A DNA stretch of 64,000 nt from Octopus vulgaris (Eukaryota). The translations under genes were made by a program, and so were the position numbers. Positions 1 to 14,810 of this stretch are shown here, piece after piece; position 1 is the first letter of the stretch; each line of letters starts with the position of its first letter. The stretch covers positions 64,914,001 to 64,978,000 of the forward strand of contig OX597822.1 of assembly GCA_951406725.2 (NCBI GenBank). Reading direction: 5' to 3'. Below the pieces are notes generated by a model. It saw nothing but the letters and a program-made list of their open reading frames with translations, did no database searches and was not told where the DNA came from.

Positions 1-139
1 ATATATATATATATATGCGCAGAGAGAAAGAGATAGAAAGGGAAAGAGTGATGACCAAAGAAATAGGGCAATTGAATGTTTAGGATGAGAACATCGCTTT
101 AAGTAGAGAAATAAAATCATAAACATAGATGTATACGTG

Positions 140-170
<31 letters not shown>

Positions 171-2058
171 GTGTGTGTGTGTGTAAGTATGTATGTGTAT
201 GTATATATGTATGTATTTATGTATCTATTTATCTATACAAATATACATATATAGGTACATACTTATATACACACATGTGGGTGTGTGTTCATGTGTGTGT
301 GTGTTTGTGTGTGTATGTGCTTACTATCAATAAAATTGAAGCACCATTTAGTATTATTAATAAAAAAAATAAGGTCCATAAAAATATAATCATTTGAGAT
401 AGATGAAGATAAAATTACACAGTGTTTGTCGTTGGAATCTATACCTTTCATCTACAGGAAAATAAATAGTAGGCGAATATCTCTGAAATGGACAGCAAAA
501 TGAGAAGAATCTACTCTCGCATGGATTCAAACAGTAAGCAGTGTTCTATTTTCACTAAATATATTTCAGCTGAATTATTTTTATTGAAAGAAAATTTTAT
601 ATTTTTTAATGAAAATCGTTTCATATTATCTTTGTTTTTCTTTTTTACACAACAATCACTTATCAATTGATCAAATATTTATATTTTTACGACCAAACAT
701 TTCTATATTATATACATGCCTATATGCAGAAGTATATATATTTCTAAATTTTTAAAGACTTAACCGGTTTCATAAATTTCTCTATTTTCAAAAGTTGAGC
801 GAGAAAGACGTGGAGAGCTATGCTGCAACTACGTTGCGAGTAATTGGAATTCAAAAATTGCTTTGTTTTTATAAAGACAACATGGCTCAAATTAGTATCT
901 GTTTTGGATACATTTTGATTTGGTTGAGGACGGTCACGGGATCAGGTTTCAGAAATTCGGGCAAGTCCTCCGCTACGTCTGCTCTTTAATGTCAAGTGAA
1001 AATGTTTTGCATCGGTAGTTAAAGTTGTCACGGTTGAACGAACATGTCTAGTGGTAATCCCTAGTAGTCAAGGCTGTCTGAATCTGTTTATCTCTCATAT
1101 CAGAAAGTTCTCGTGATTTATAGTAATCTTTATTCCATATTCATTTTCAGCCAGTTATTTTACACTTTATTATTTTTTTTTGGCTGTGGTGAGCCAACTC
1201 GGAACATTCACGATGTGAATTTTCGGAGTCCCCTCCCCCACACCCCCGTTAACGAGCGCACATTTTGTTTTTTTAATATTCGTTTACAGCAAGTTGTTTC
1301 ACACCTATTACACATTTTTTTTTTTGCTCGGGTCAAACCCTTTAGTTTGACCGAGATTTGTGTAGGTCCCCCACTACGCCTGTGCGTTAATATGTGACAA
1401 TATTTTTTGCGCTGAAAATCAGGGCTCGCACGATTCAATGAGTCCTGTAACAGTCCCAAAATAAAGTTCTCTAAATTTAATCTGTGGAATGGTAGAGTGG
1501 ACAGAAGTTGTTTCAGTGTAGTCTAGTTATGGTTTACGTGTTTATATATGCAGACATCAAATTTAGCTGTTAAATATTTTTCTAACCGTTCAACATTTGT
1601 GTATATACAAAATTTGCTAACTGTTAGATATCTGAATGTTTGACTTGTGTGTGCTTTTCGACGTTTGGGTATGTTCGTATGATGTGTAATGTAAGAGCGT
1701 GCACACGTGAGTGTGTTTGCACGGGCGTGCGTGCGTGCCAGAGCTCGTGAGAGTAATATTCAATATTCAAAGCAATTGTTCACTTCAAAGTGTTGTTGCC
1801 GTTAAGACTGGCTTCGCAAATACACACACACGCGTATAAGTACATACATGCATTCATACATACATGCATGCATGCATACATACAAACATACATACATACA
1901 TGCATTCATACATACATGCATGCATGCATACATACAAACATACATACATACATGCATTCATACATACATGCATGCATGCATACATACAAACATACATACA
2001 TACATGCATACATACATATGTACGTTCACACACGCATACACACATATATATGTATGTG

Positions 2059-2102
<44 letters not shown>

Positions 2103-2120
2103 TACACATACATACATATA

Positions 2121-2505
2121 CTCTCTTTTACTCTTTTACTTGACTGTGGCCAAGCTGAAGCACCGCCTTTTAGTCGAGCAAATCGACCCCAGGACTTATC
2201 CTTTGTAAGCCTAGTACTTATTCTATCGGATCTTTTGCCGAACCACTAAGTTACGAGGACGTTATTGCACCAGCATCTGTTGTCAAGCGATGTTGGGGGG
2301 GGGGGGACAAACACAGACACAAAACATACACACACACACATATATATATATATATACATATATACGACGGGCTTCTTTCAGTTTCCGTCTCACAAGGCTT
2401 TGGTTGGCCCGAGGCTATAGTAGAAGACACTTGTCCAAGCTGCCACGCAGTGGGACTGAACCCGGAACCATGTGATTTGTAAGCAAGCTACTTACCATAC
2501 AGCCA
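2121..2505 (-). mobile_element. SINE family A (tRNA-derived head, internal (TA)n/(TG)n, (AAAAGAGT)n tail)
   Basis: Reverse complement of the repeated unit TGGCTGTGTGG (A-box) ... GGTTCAGTCCC (B-box) ... CCTTGGGCAAGTGTCTT ... GCTCCAGCATGGCCGCAGTC; about 20 copies in the window. Confidence 0.85.
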
Positions 2506-2573
2506 TATATATATATACAATATCATTGCATATATATTTAAAATCGCAAGCATTTCTCTATCTGTCTCTTTCT

Positions 2574-2670
<97 letters not shown>

Positions 2671-2744
2671 TATATATAGATAGATATACATACACACACA
2701 CATATATATATATATACATACGTACATATATATGTGTGTGTATG

Positions 2745-2783
<39 letters not shown>

Positions 2784-3197
2784 ATATGCAATAAATAACA
2801 AGCACACTCATATATATATATACATATAAATTTTTATATGCGTGTATATATACATAATTAATAGTATTGTGTATGCATGTATGCTTATCTGCATATATGC
2901 ATGTTTGTGTGCGTTTTCGACAAATGTTAATACACACCACTAGACGGATCTGAATGGAGGTCACAGAGGTTATCCACTACAAGAGCGAAGATTATTAAAA
3001 CTCTTAGAGAAGAAAACAGTGGAGACACTTATGTCATGGAATTCACATGATTGTCTGGCGTCCAGCTCCACATTGGCTTCGAAGCATACGTTTGCTCGAA
3101 GACAAACTGGCACGTATGTATACAGTGCGCATATATTACAAACCACGATTAAGGCATTGCGCACACACATACGTAAATATACAGACACACGTATACA

Positions 3198-3232
<35 letters not shown>

Positions 3233-3258
3233 TTATATTAATATATATCTGCATATAC

Positions 3259-3290
<32 letters not shown>

Positions 3291-3296
<6 letters not shown>

Positions 3297-3441
3297 GTGC
3301 ACACACGCACATATGCAAACATACAGACATGTATTTATACATGCACACACATATATATATATATACATGCATACATATATTTATATATCTATATATGATA
3401 TATATATATATTAATATTTATATATGTTATATATATATATG

Positions 3442-3475
<34 letters not shown>

Positions 3476-3532
3476 TATGATACACACACATGCATACAAT
3501 CACACAGATAGAGAAAGAATATGTGAGAGAGT

Positions 3533-3596
<64 letters not shown>

Positions 3597-3683
3597 GACA
3601 GAGGAGAGAAAACAGAGCTAGAATAGCCATACAGAAAAGCTGGTATGGGAATTGTATTTAAATATGTATAAGTAGATTCCATA
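3291..3683 (+). repeat. Local duplication, copy 1 (paralog of 6616-6943)
   Basis: Shares unique segments such as CATGCATACAATCACACAGATAGAGA and GAAAAGCTGGTATGGGAATTGTATTTAAATATGTATAAGTAG with 6616-6943. Confidence 0.85.
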
Positions 3684-4686
3684 TAACATCGTTGTATGTA
3701 ACTCTAACCCGCACAACCCATCAGCTGACTATATTTTCTTGGACAATGAAGAATCTAATAGGAGTAAAATTTAAGAACCATATAAAGAGGAATTCTTGCT
3801 TGAGTAGAACACGATGTCCGTCAGATCGAGAATATTTGGTTTGAGGAATGTCCGAGACTGATGGATGAAACCGACAACGTCTTGAATTTTGGCTTGTTGG
3901 GATATTTCGAATACTGAGAAACGGTAGGAGGTGACAAAATGGTTCTCTGTCTTTCGATCTTTTTGGGTTTAATATAAATCTAGAACAATTCTTTATTAAC
4001 AATATCATAATGGGTGACAGTTTTTTTTTTCTTTTTACAATTTTAATTTAGTTCTAACATTTCGTGCGCTATTGTAAAATGTCTGTAGTGAAGATTGCGC
4101 TCTTTCACAAGGAAGCAAAGTATACAGGTAAACACAGATAACGTAGATAACAGATACACATATACTTCGTTCTTGATTTTAAGGAACTGAAAATATCTAC
4201 AAAACATTTTATCGATAAATGAGATAAAGATGCTTCCAAAACACCAGGTTTTGAATGAAAATGGATATTTCATTATAATATGATTATAATGGAACATATC
4301 GTCCACAATTTTAGCAGTTCAGCTAAATTATCTGCAAGGAATCAGTTCTTTTAATGAGATATGGTATTGTTGCGAAAACTTATCTACAAGTTATGCAGAG
4401 GAAGGATTATCTTCCCGATTATACAAAAAGCGTAACAGCATCGAAATGTATTCGGAATTTTAAAGATCAGGATTACTTGTAGAACATTTGAATATAAACA
4501 ATCCGGAATACTTTGGGGACTTTCATATATATCGCTCGTAATTATTCCTTTAAGATTTTGACTTAAGGTATATCTTATAGAGAATTAGGCCAAAAAAATA
4601 TTCATTAGGATTTAAGTAAAACTTTTTTAACCTGTGAGATTCTTGTGTTCACTAAGAGCCATGAAATAAATAAATTTTTGTACATT

Positions 4687-4830
4687 GTTTGTTTGTGCCT
4701 TCTCGAGTCACGCCTGGCTCTTAAGGGCTGGTTTCCCGGTTTCCTTGGAGTATAGGTTCCCCACCTGGACGGGACGCCGGTCCGTCGCAAGAGAGCTGCA
4801 AGATGCAGGAGGAAAGAGTTAGAGAATAGT
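4687..4830 (-). mobile_element. 3' part of SINE family E
   Basis: Reverse complement matches about 60085-60220 (CCTCCTGCATCTTGCAGCTC...CCCGTCCAGGTGGG...CCAAGGAAACCGGG). Confidence 0.75.
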
Positions 4831-4832
4831 AG

Positions 4833-5112
4833 TTATTCTATCGGTCACTTTTGTCGAATCGCTAACTACCGGGAACGCAAACACAGTAACATTGATTGTC
4901 AAGCGATGGTGGGGGAGGGGGACACAGATGCACTAACAATTTATATATATATACACGACGGGCTTCTTTCAGTTTCTGTCTACAAAATCCACTCACAAGG
5001 CTTTGGTCGGCCCGAGACTATAATAGAAGACACTTGCCCAAGGTGCCACATAGTGGGACTGAAGCCGGAGCCATGTAGTTGGCAAGCAAGCTTCTTACCA
5101 CACAGCCACGCC
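4833..5112 (-). mobile_element. SINE family A, 3'-truncated
   Basis: Matches the family A head and body. Confidence 0.8.
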
Positions 5113-5392
5113 ATAATTGTATGTTGCAATTTTTTTCAGTTCCTTTGCAATTATTCCACTTCCGCGATGTCTTCACACATTATCCCCCGTGGCCTAAAAT
5201 GATTTCGTTTATAAACATACGCAATATTTCACCATGTTTGTTTTGGTAGTATTTTCTGTAAGGAATTTGAAAGAAGGAACAGTTTTGAGGAAGTTCGACA
5301 TTAATTCAGTATACGGTTTCTTACTATAATTATACTAAAGGGCACTTCCTAACTAACTATTGTTTCATTTTCAACCAGTACAATTAAATTTC

Positions 5393-5438
<46 letters not shown>

Positions 5439-5441
5439 TTA

Positions 5442-5589
<148 letters not shown>

Positions 5590-5634
5590 CATATATATAT
5601 ACAAGGAGAGAGAGAGAAATGCAGAGATACATAT

Positions 5635-5886
5635 ACTCTTCTGCTCCTTTACTTGTTTCAGTCATTTGACTGTGGCCGTGCTGGAGCACCGCCTTTAGTC
5701 GAGCAAATCGATCCCCGGGACTTATTCCTTGTAAGCCTAGTACTTATTCCATCGGTCTCTTCCGCCGAACCGCTAAGTTACGGGGACGTAAACACACCAG
5801 CATCGGTTGTCAAGCGATTTTCGGAGGACAAACACAGACACACAAGCATATACATACATACACACAGACACAGACACAGACACACA

Positions 5887-5945
<59 letters not shown>

Positions 5946-6133
5946 GTATATATATATATATATATATATACGACGAGCTTCATTCAGTTTCCGTCTACCA
6001 AATCCCCTCACAAGGCTTTGGTCGGCCCGAGGCTATAGGAGAAGACACTTGCTCAAGATGCCACGCAGTGAGACTGAACCCGGAACCATGTGGTTGGTAA
6101 GCAAGCTACTTACCGCACAGCCACTCCTACGCC
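5635..6133 (-). mobile_element. SINE family A, full length
   Basis: Head, internal (CA)n(TA)n tract and tail all present. Confidence 0.85.
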
Positions 6134-6165
6134 TAGAGAGAGATACATATATCTACATATACATG

Positions 6166-6226
<61 letters not shown>

Positions 6227-6291
6227 GCATAATGTTGCACATATATGAGCATGCACACATACGTACACACACACATACGTACACACACACG

Positions 6292-6331
<40 letters not shown>

Positions 6332-6586
6332 AACATATATATACGTGTATATGTGCTTGCGTGCAGTTGTATAGGTTACAGCTTATTAATTAGGGTCGTT
6401 TTGTATAAATGTTACGTAGCTAATTTCATTACACTATTAATAATATAAATCAAAGAACGCTCACAGGAAACCTCCACTCATTTGAAACATTCACCACCAC
6501 CCCTGACACAGCCACCCCCACCTAATACTGCCATGACATTCCCCAGTACCAATTTCAGCGTCGCAATAATCACCCCACCACAACCA

Positions 6587-6615
<29 letters not shown>

Positions 6616-6621
<6 letters not shown>

Positions 6622-6723
6622 GTGCACACACGCACTTATGTAAACACACAGGCATGTATTTATACATGCATACATATAATTATATATCTATATATGATAT
6701 ATATATATTTATATTTATATATG

Positions 6724-6764
<41 letters not shown>

Positions 6765-6943
6765 ACACACACACATGCATACAATCACACAGATAGAGAG
6801 AGAGCCTGTGAGAGAGTGAAAGAGAGAGAGAGAGTGAAAGAGAGAGAGAGAGAGTGAGAGAGAGGAGAGAAAATAGAGCTAGAAGAGCAATAAAGAAAAG
6901 CTGGTATGGGAATTGTATTTAAATATGTATAAGTAGGTTCCAT
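6616..6943 (+). repeat. Local duplication, copy 2 (paralog of 3291-3683)
   Basis: See 3291-3683. Confidence 0.85.
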
Positions 6944-7203
6944 ACCACCATGGCTCTCACTATCGACAGCACCATCACCACCATAATCACCACCACCCCA
7001 TTACCAATTGCGCAACCACACAGCACCATCTCCTCCGCCACTAACATTTATGCAGACTAGAACCAAATTATACATGTGTGGTCGCTCTGAAATGTCATTA
7101 AGGGCCACGCAGATTTTTATTTGCTGAGAGTCTGAACTTTTTTAATTGGAACTAAAGATTAACTAGCTTTTCTATACACTGCCTTATAACGCAACGCATA
7201 TGC

Positions 7204-7627
7204 TCTTACTCTTTTATCTCTTTTACTCTTTTGCTTGTTTCAGGTCGTTTGACTTGCGGCCATGCTGGAGCACCGCCATTAGTCGAGGAAATCGAACTCA
7301 GGACTTATTCTTTGTAAGCCTAGTACTTATTCTCTTTTGCCGAACCGCTAATGTTACGGGGACGTAAACACACCAGCATCGGTTGTCAAGTGATGTTGGA
7401 GGGGAGACAAATACAGACACACAAATACATGCACTTATATATATATATATATATACATATACATACATATGACGGGCTTCTTTCAGCTTCTGTCTACCAA
7501 ATCCAGTCACAAGGCTTTGGTCAGCTCGAAGCCAAAGTAGAAGACACTTGTCCAAGGTACCATACAGTGGGACTGAACCCGGAGCCATGTGGTTTGTAAG
7601 CAAGCTACTTACCACACAGCCACTCCA
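7204..7627 (-). mobile_element. SINE family A
   Basis: Matches family A. Confidence 0.85.
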
Positions 7628-8265
7628 AACAGTGAAAAACTCTGACATGAATGCGCACATCCTCATTTTCTTAGCAATCTCTCTTTTTCCCATCTCTCCA
7701 CATCTCTGACTCGTTCACCACCTTCTGTCATGTTACTTCTCTGTCTCTCTTCCTCTCTTCCTCTCTTTAACTCTCTTTTTCTCCCTTTCTCTCCCTCTCT
7801 CTCTCTCTCTCACCCATTTATTCTCACTAACCCTCAGATTATGTCAGTACTTTTGGTTCTACTATCCTACTACACAACTTCTTTTCCTACTATGCATGCA
7901 ATACAAACAGTGGTCAGTAACTTGGTATTTTACACAATAATTTTTCTACTGAGTCTCTAAATTCTTTCACCTCTCTTTGATAAAAGTATGACCAAAAAAT
8001 GAATGGCTTATATATACTATTTTATTTTCATTTTGGGTTTTAACTTTCATTATACAAGTTCATAGAATTTTATTGTTTCAATTTATTTTTCCACCACAAT
8101 TTGGCATGTTCAACTTATGATATTGTTTATCTCTTGTCTCCTCACTACCTTATCATCTTCTTCATTCTATATGTATGATTTTACACACCAATCTACATAC
8201 TAGTTTGCAACAATACATACATATGTGTACATAAAATTATGCACACAAAAATCCACATACATATA

Positions 8266-8681
8266 GGCGCAGGAGTGGCTGTGTGGTAAGTAGCTTGCAA
8301 CCAAATACATAGTTCCAGGTTCAGTCCCACGGCGTGGCACCTTGGGCAAGTTTCTTCTACTATAGCCTCGAGCCGACCAAAGTCTTGTGAGTGGATATGG
8401 TAGACGGAAACTAAAAGAGGCCAGTGGTATATATGCATATGTATATAGGTGTGTGTGTGTGTTTGTGTTTCTGTGTTTGTCCCCCCCAACATCGCTTGAC
8501 AACCTATGCTGGTGTGTTTACGTCCCTGTAACTTAGAGGTTCGGCAAAAGAGACCGATAGAATAAATACTAGGCTTCTAAAGAATAAGTCCTGGGGTCGA
8601 TTTGCTCGACTAAAAGGCGGTGCTCCAGCATGGCCGCAGTCAAATGGCTGAAACAAGTAAAAGAATAAAAGAGTAAAGAGT
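8266..8681 (+). mobile_element. SINE family A, full length
   Basis: GGCGCAGGAGTGGCTGTGTGGTAAG head, GGTTCAGTCCC B-box, AAAAGAGT-like tail. Confidence 0.88.
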
Positions 8682-10074
8682 ATACATACACGCACATACA
8701 CATATATATATAATTCTCAATCGTTTGACGAATAAGCAGAAGCATCCATACGATTGATTGCACGAATAATTTAGTTAAGGCCTTTAATAATACGAGTAAG
8801 TGTGTACGATATATAAGCAAACATATATATAGCTATTCATGTATGCGTATATCCATGCAGAGATATATATTTCTATACACGTATATGTATGTATATTTGC
8901 AACGTCGGGTTTACATATGTTGTCTGTGTACGTGCATAGATGCATAAAACATTTGTTGATTTCATAGGAAATGCATCAATTTTATATTGAAAGCTTTCTA
9001 TCATGTTTCCTTGTATAGAGAGGTTTGAAAGTTTCATTAATTATCTCTTGCAGGTATTTCGATACTTTAGCGTGGAAGTCTCCTCGACATTCCTCCCGTT
9101 GCTGTATGCCAATAAAGTGATACAATTAACTATTTCTATAATAAACAAAGATACATATTCGCATGCACAATGCATGAATATATATATGTATATATATATG
9201 TATATATATCTATCTATATATACACATGTATATATATTTGTATATATGTATATATATATATGTATGTATATATATATATATATGTATGTATTTATATGTA
9301 TATACATATGTATACATACATACATGTGGATATATAGATTATGTGATCATAAGTATATATGTAAGCATATGCTTTGTATATATATGTTTATAAATATATA
9401 CATATACATATATGTATATATATTATGTATGTATGTATCTATACCTATGTATTGAATATATAGAAATATATATGTATATGTGTGTGAATGTCTATGTGTA
9501 TTTATATGGAAATATATGTGTATATGTGTATATGTGTGTGAATGTATATATGTATGTATATGGAAGTATATATATATATATGCATGTGTGTGTATAATGT
9601 ACGTATGAGAGTATTTATCGGAATTGATATCTAAGTAATTATGTTATATAATTCATAACAGAATCTTCCTCGGAAGGAAGGAAATTTATCCCCTCTTTTG
9701 CCCGCGTTTCCCTCTTCTGCTCTCACTCACTCACTCACTCACTCAATGTGTGTTCGTGTATTTTCCTCCCTTTCGTAATTTCTTTCCACACACCTCGAAC
9801 GAACATTGTGGTTAAATTAAATTAAATGGACGACGCATTAAACATGGCTACGTCTCTCATTGTTTCCTTGTTGTAGTGCTAAGGCCTTCCTCACAAAGAT
9901 ACCGCCATATCCTCAACAATTCAGCCAGGATCTTTTCTTATTTAGCTTCTTTCTATTTCTCTTCCATTCTTTCTTTTTCATTTGTTCCTTTTCTTCACTT
10001 CTTTCGTTCTTTTCTTTCTTTCTTTCTCCTTTTTCTTTCTCCATTTTCTTTCTTTCTTTCTTTCTTTCTGTTTT

Positions 10075-10109
<35 letters not shown>

Positions 10110-10110
10110 G

Positions 10111-10142
<32 letters not shown>

Positions 10143-10392
10143 TCCTTCTTTCTTTCTTTCAGTCACTTATAGTTCATGAATGAAATACCAGTAAACAATG
10201 TGGGAGATAACAATTTCCGTTCTTTCACTGTGTTTTGTAATTAAATTCATACACCTTATCTGCTCTCCGAATCAAAAAAGACCGTAATGTACGCTTGCGT
10301 AGTCATTCATACATTCATCCATTCATAGCCGTTTTCAATTCAGCACTTATATTCTTGTTATGATGGCTGTGGTAATTTCATATGTATGTATG

Positions 10393-10430
<38 letters not shown>

Positions 10431-10481
10431 TATACATATATATATATATATACATTTATATATATACATACATACACACAC

Positions 10482-10534
<53 letters not shown>

Positions 10535-10548
10535 CATACACTACACAC

Positions 10549-10581
<33 letters not shown>

Positions 10582-10628
10582 CATATATATATACATATAT
10601 ACATATATATATACATATATATATACAA

Positions 10629-10661
<33 letters not shown>

Positions 10662-11596
10662 CACTTTCATACCTATGTTTATGTATGTGCGTTTGAATGT
10701 ATGCGTACGTATATGTAGATATCTGCAAGTGTTAGTATGTGTGTGTATGTATGTATGTATGTGTATGTATATGTGTGAATATGAATGTGTATAGATGTAT
10801 AAACAGTAATAAAGGCAGTAAAAGTTATATGATCGCATCAGTAATAGTACAGGCGGTTGGTGGATGATGATGGTTCTACGGTGTGGATGAAGGCATTGGT
10901 GTGATCGTAAAGGAAGGAATAATAATTCTTTCTTCGCCCTCTCCGACCCGTTTTTATCAAATTTATCAAACTAATATTTATTGTAAAGGCTTTTGCTGTC
11001 GTTGAGTTTCTGGAGATTTAGATATCATTCATAACGTTTGTTGCAATGGTTAACGGCTTTTTAAATTGATTAAGTGAACTGAACGGAATATGTTCAGTGG
11101 CCATCTGTCATAATGTTTGGGATTTTCAGCTACATTATTGATTGTTGACGTTAGTTTCGTCTTACATAGGCTACAGGAAGAATTTCACGCCAAGCAAATA
11201 TATAGAAATGAGCATACATACACTCTACGTATACGAATGCTGGCACATATCGACATATCGTATACATGCGTACAGTCATAAGTGACACACACACACAGAT
11301 ATCTGCATTCTTGTGTAACATAGATATACGTATACACTGATATATCTATATGTGTGTGTATGTATGTGCGTATGTGTCTGTGTGAGTGTGTGTGTAAGAA
11401 TTTCGTTCAGAGTGACTTCGAAGTTTTGCCAGGTATGTGACTTATATTGGAGAAGAGACTATAGATAAAGATATATTTGGCTGAACACTTGTATTGAGTG
11501 CTTCAGTCAGTCTATGATGTACATACATACATACAGGCGTACGTACATACATAAATGTATAAATACAGGCGTACGTATGTATATATAAATATATAA

Positions 11597-11640
<44 letters not shown>

Positions 11641-12050
11641 GCATACACACATATAGAAACAAATATATGTATTTATACACAAATACGTATATATATGTAT
11701 TTCCATAAGTATATATATGTATTTCTATGGGTGCATATGTGCGTGCGTGTAAGAAATTAAATTCATACACTCATACACTTTAAGCTAGCCAACCTGTCAT
11801 TAATTCTGTGAAGGAGACAAAGAAAACAACTTGTAGAAACTACGAACAGTACAGAATTCATAAAGGCAATACTCCATATTTAATTTGGATAGAAGCAATC
11901 GTTTTTCTCTTTTCATTGTGTTACATTTTTGTTTTGTAAACGAGTTTCACTGTTGGGAAATTACTAAACTTTTAAGCGGCACTTTAAAAGTAGACTTACC
12001 ACTGTTTTGGACGAATTCAGCTACGTACTATTTGTCACGTGTGTGTATAA

Positions 12051-12210
12051 GAGGACGCATGTGGCTTATTGGTAATGGTGTTAGTTTTATGACCATTTGA
12101 TTGTAGGTTCGATTGCTGGATAGGTCAGAGTCTTGGATTTTTGATCGTAAGACTGTAGTTTCGATTCCTGGATAGGTTAGGGTCTTGAACTTATGATCGT
12201 AGAGATTGTA
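12051..12210 (+). repeat. Tandem triplicated tRNA-like SINE head (52-nt period)
   Basis: Units start at 12071, 12123 and 12175; the first two end in a GTTCGAT/TTTCGAT B-box-like motif followed by TGGATA. Confidence 0.6.
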
Positions 12211-12211
12211 G

Positions 12212-12625
<414 letters not shown>

Positions 12626-12799
12626 AGAAGTGACTAGTCGATTACATCGTCCTCAGTATTCCACTGGTACTTATTTATGGACATTCAGTGGAATTGAACT
12701 CAGAACGTACAGATGGGACGAAATGCCGCTAAGCATTTCGCCCAGCATACTCATTTGAGTTAGATATTTGCCATACATATTTATTAAGGGAATAATAAC

Positions 12800-13013
12800 G
12801 TGATCACGTGACCAACTTGAATATCAGTTTTCACACATCGCTGGTCACAATGTCCTTTGCATCGCTTTAACCTTCCAATGACGCCCCCTGCTGGTTAGGC
12901 GAGAGGGGAGCAACTTGACATAAAGGTTTTTATTCAAGAACACAACGTGGGAATCGAACCCATGATCTAGCGATCGTGAGTGCAACGGCCGAACCATAAG
13001 GCCAGGCACCGTC
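12800..13013 (-). mobile_element. Decayed tRNA-derived SINE (family D-like)
   Basis: Minus-strand GGGTTCGATTCCC B-box. The body resembles 20525-20680 and 31560-31670 (TTGAAGG..AAA.CAATGC.AAG..CATTGTGACCAGCGATG). Confidence 0.6.
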
Positions 13014-13357
13014 ACATAGAGCAATACTTATTTTTTATTTGTTTCATTCATACTTTGAAGAGCCTTGTAATAGCCCTGATACCGTTAAATGTTTGACGAA
13101 GCACTTTAGATTAGACAATGATTTAGTTTTATATAAATTATTCTTGAATTACACTCGTGCATAGAAAGCTTATTAATCCATCCATCACCTTGTAACATAC
13201 ACCTACACACGCATATACAGATGTATGTGTGCATGTATGTATATATGTGTGTGTATATATATAAATGTATGTATATATGTGTATATATATGTATATATGT
13301 ACAATATGTACATCTCTATCTCTCTCTCTCTTTCTCTCTTTCTCTTTGTTTCTCCCC

Positions 13358-13458
<101 letters not shown>

Positions 13459-13639
13459 GCTGTCGAACGACAAAAATGAGTACTCAATACCGCACTGATG
13501 GATAGAATTTTTTATTTGTGTATTAAGGCTACTATTTGTTTTATGCTAAGAATACTAGCTTAATATCTTAACAATTTTTCAAGCCGATCACATATGCACA
13601 TACATACATACACACACGTATGTATGTATATGTATATAT

Positions 13640-13818
13640 TTGTGTGTCTGTCTTCGTACCACCATCGCTTGACAACCAATGTTTTCGTGTTTACGTCCCC
13701 GTAACATTGCAGTTACAAAGAATAAGTCTTAGGATCCATTTTCTCGACCAAAGCCAGTGCTCCAGCATGGCCGCAGTCAAATGACTTAAACAAATAAAAG
13801 AAAATAAAAGGAAAAGAA
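13640..13818 (+). mobile_element. SINE family A 3' fragment
   Basis: CATCGCTTGACAACC...GCTCCAGCATGGCCGCAGTCAAATGAC. Confidence 0.75.
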
Positions 13819-13929
13819 TTTAATCTGGTAGTTTTCATGGATAGGTTACGTGTATTCGGCGTTGGAAGCTACGAATGGAAATCGAACTAACTTGTTACAT
13901 CTTTCATGTTTATATTCATCAGGGTTCAG

Positions 13930-14810
13930 ATGGCAAGCTGGCAGTATGGATAGAACATGGGGCAAAGTGTTTAGCGGCATTTCGTCCGTCTTTACTTCCT
14001 GAGGTCATTCAAAATTCCCTCGAGGTCGGTTTTGCCATTCATCCGTTCGGGGTCGATAAAATAAGTACCTGTCGATGTAATCAACTTACCCCTGTCTCGA
14101 ATTTGCTAGCCTTGAGCTAAAATTTCTAAGCATTACTTGTAAGCTTATTTCTTATTTCTTAATTGCCCACAAGAGGCTAAACATAGAGGGGACAAACAAG
14201 GACAGACAAAGTGATTAAGTCGATTACATCGGCCCCAGTGCATAACTGGTACTAAATTTATCGACCCCGAAAGGATGAAAAGCAAAGTCGACCTCGGCGG
14301 AATTTGAACTCAGAACGTAACGGCAGAAGAAATACGGCTACGCATTTCGCCCGGCGTGCTAATGTTTCTTATTTCTTTATTGCACACAACGGGCTAAACA
14401 TAGAGGGGACAAACACGGACAGACAAAGTGCCAACATTTCTGCCAGCTCGCCCCCAATAAACTTATTTCTAAGCTTATCTGGCCTTTCAAGCTGTTCAAC
14501 TTTTAAAGCATAGATCTACTATGGTTTTATATGCTAGATAGCACCTCGAGCCAAATACTTACCGGCATTTCATCCGTCCTTCCTTCCTGAGGTCACTCAA
14601 AATTCCGTCCAGGTCCGTTTAGCCATTCATCCTTTCGGGGTTGATAAAATAAATATCAGTTGAACACTGGAGTCGATGTAATCGATTTACCCCTGTCTCG
14701 AAATTGCTGACCATGTGTTAAAATTTGTAAGCATTCTTCATCAGAGTTCGCTTATCTGGCCTTTCAAGCCGTTCGACTTTTAAAGCATAGATCGACTATG
14801 TTTTATATAT
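13930..14810. mobile_element. Cluster of SINE family B copies within a tandem duplication
   Basis: Old + copies at 13930-14135 and 14540-14735; younger - copy at 14152-14452 containing a nested truncated copy; 14473-14531 duplicated at 14750-14808. Confidence 0.75.

Noticed and set aside
3855-3885. CTGATGGATGAAACCGACAACGTC, hammerhead-like words
   Set aside because: No stem II between the boxes and A9 is missing
3690-4600. Unique AT-rich stretch with QVLNENGY (about 4233-4256) reminiscent of Penelope post-RT 'L..NGY'
   Set aside because: All frames are heavily interrupted and no RT or GIY-YIG motif could be recognised
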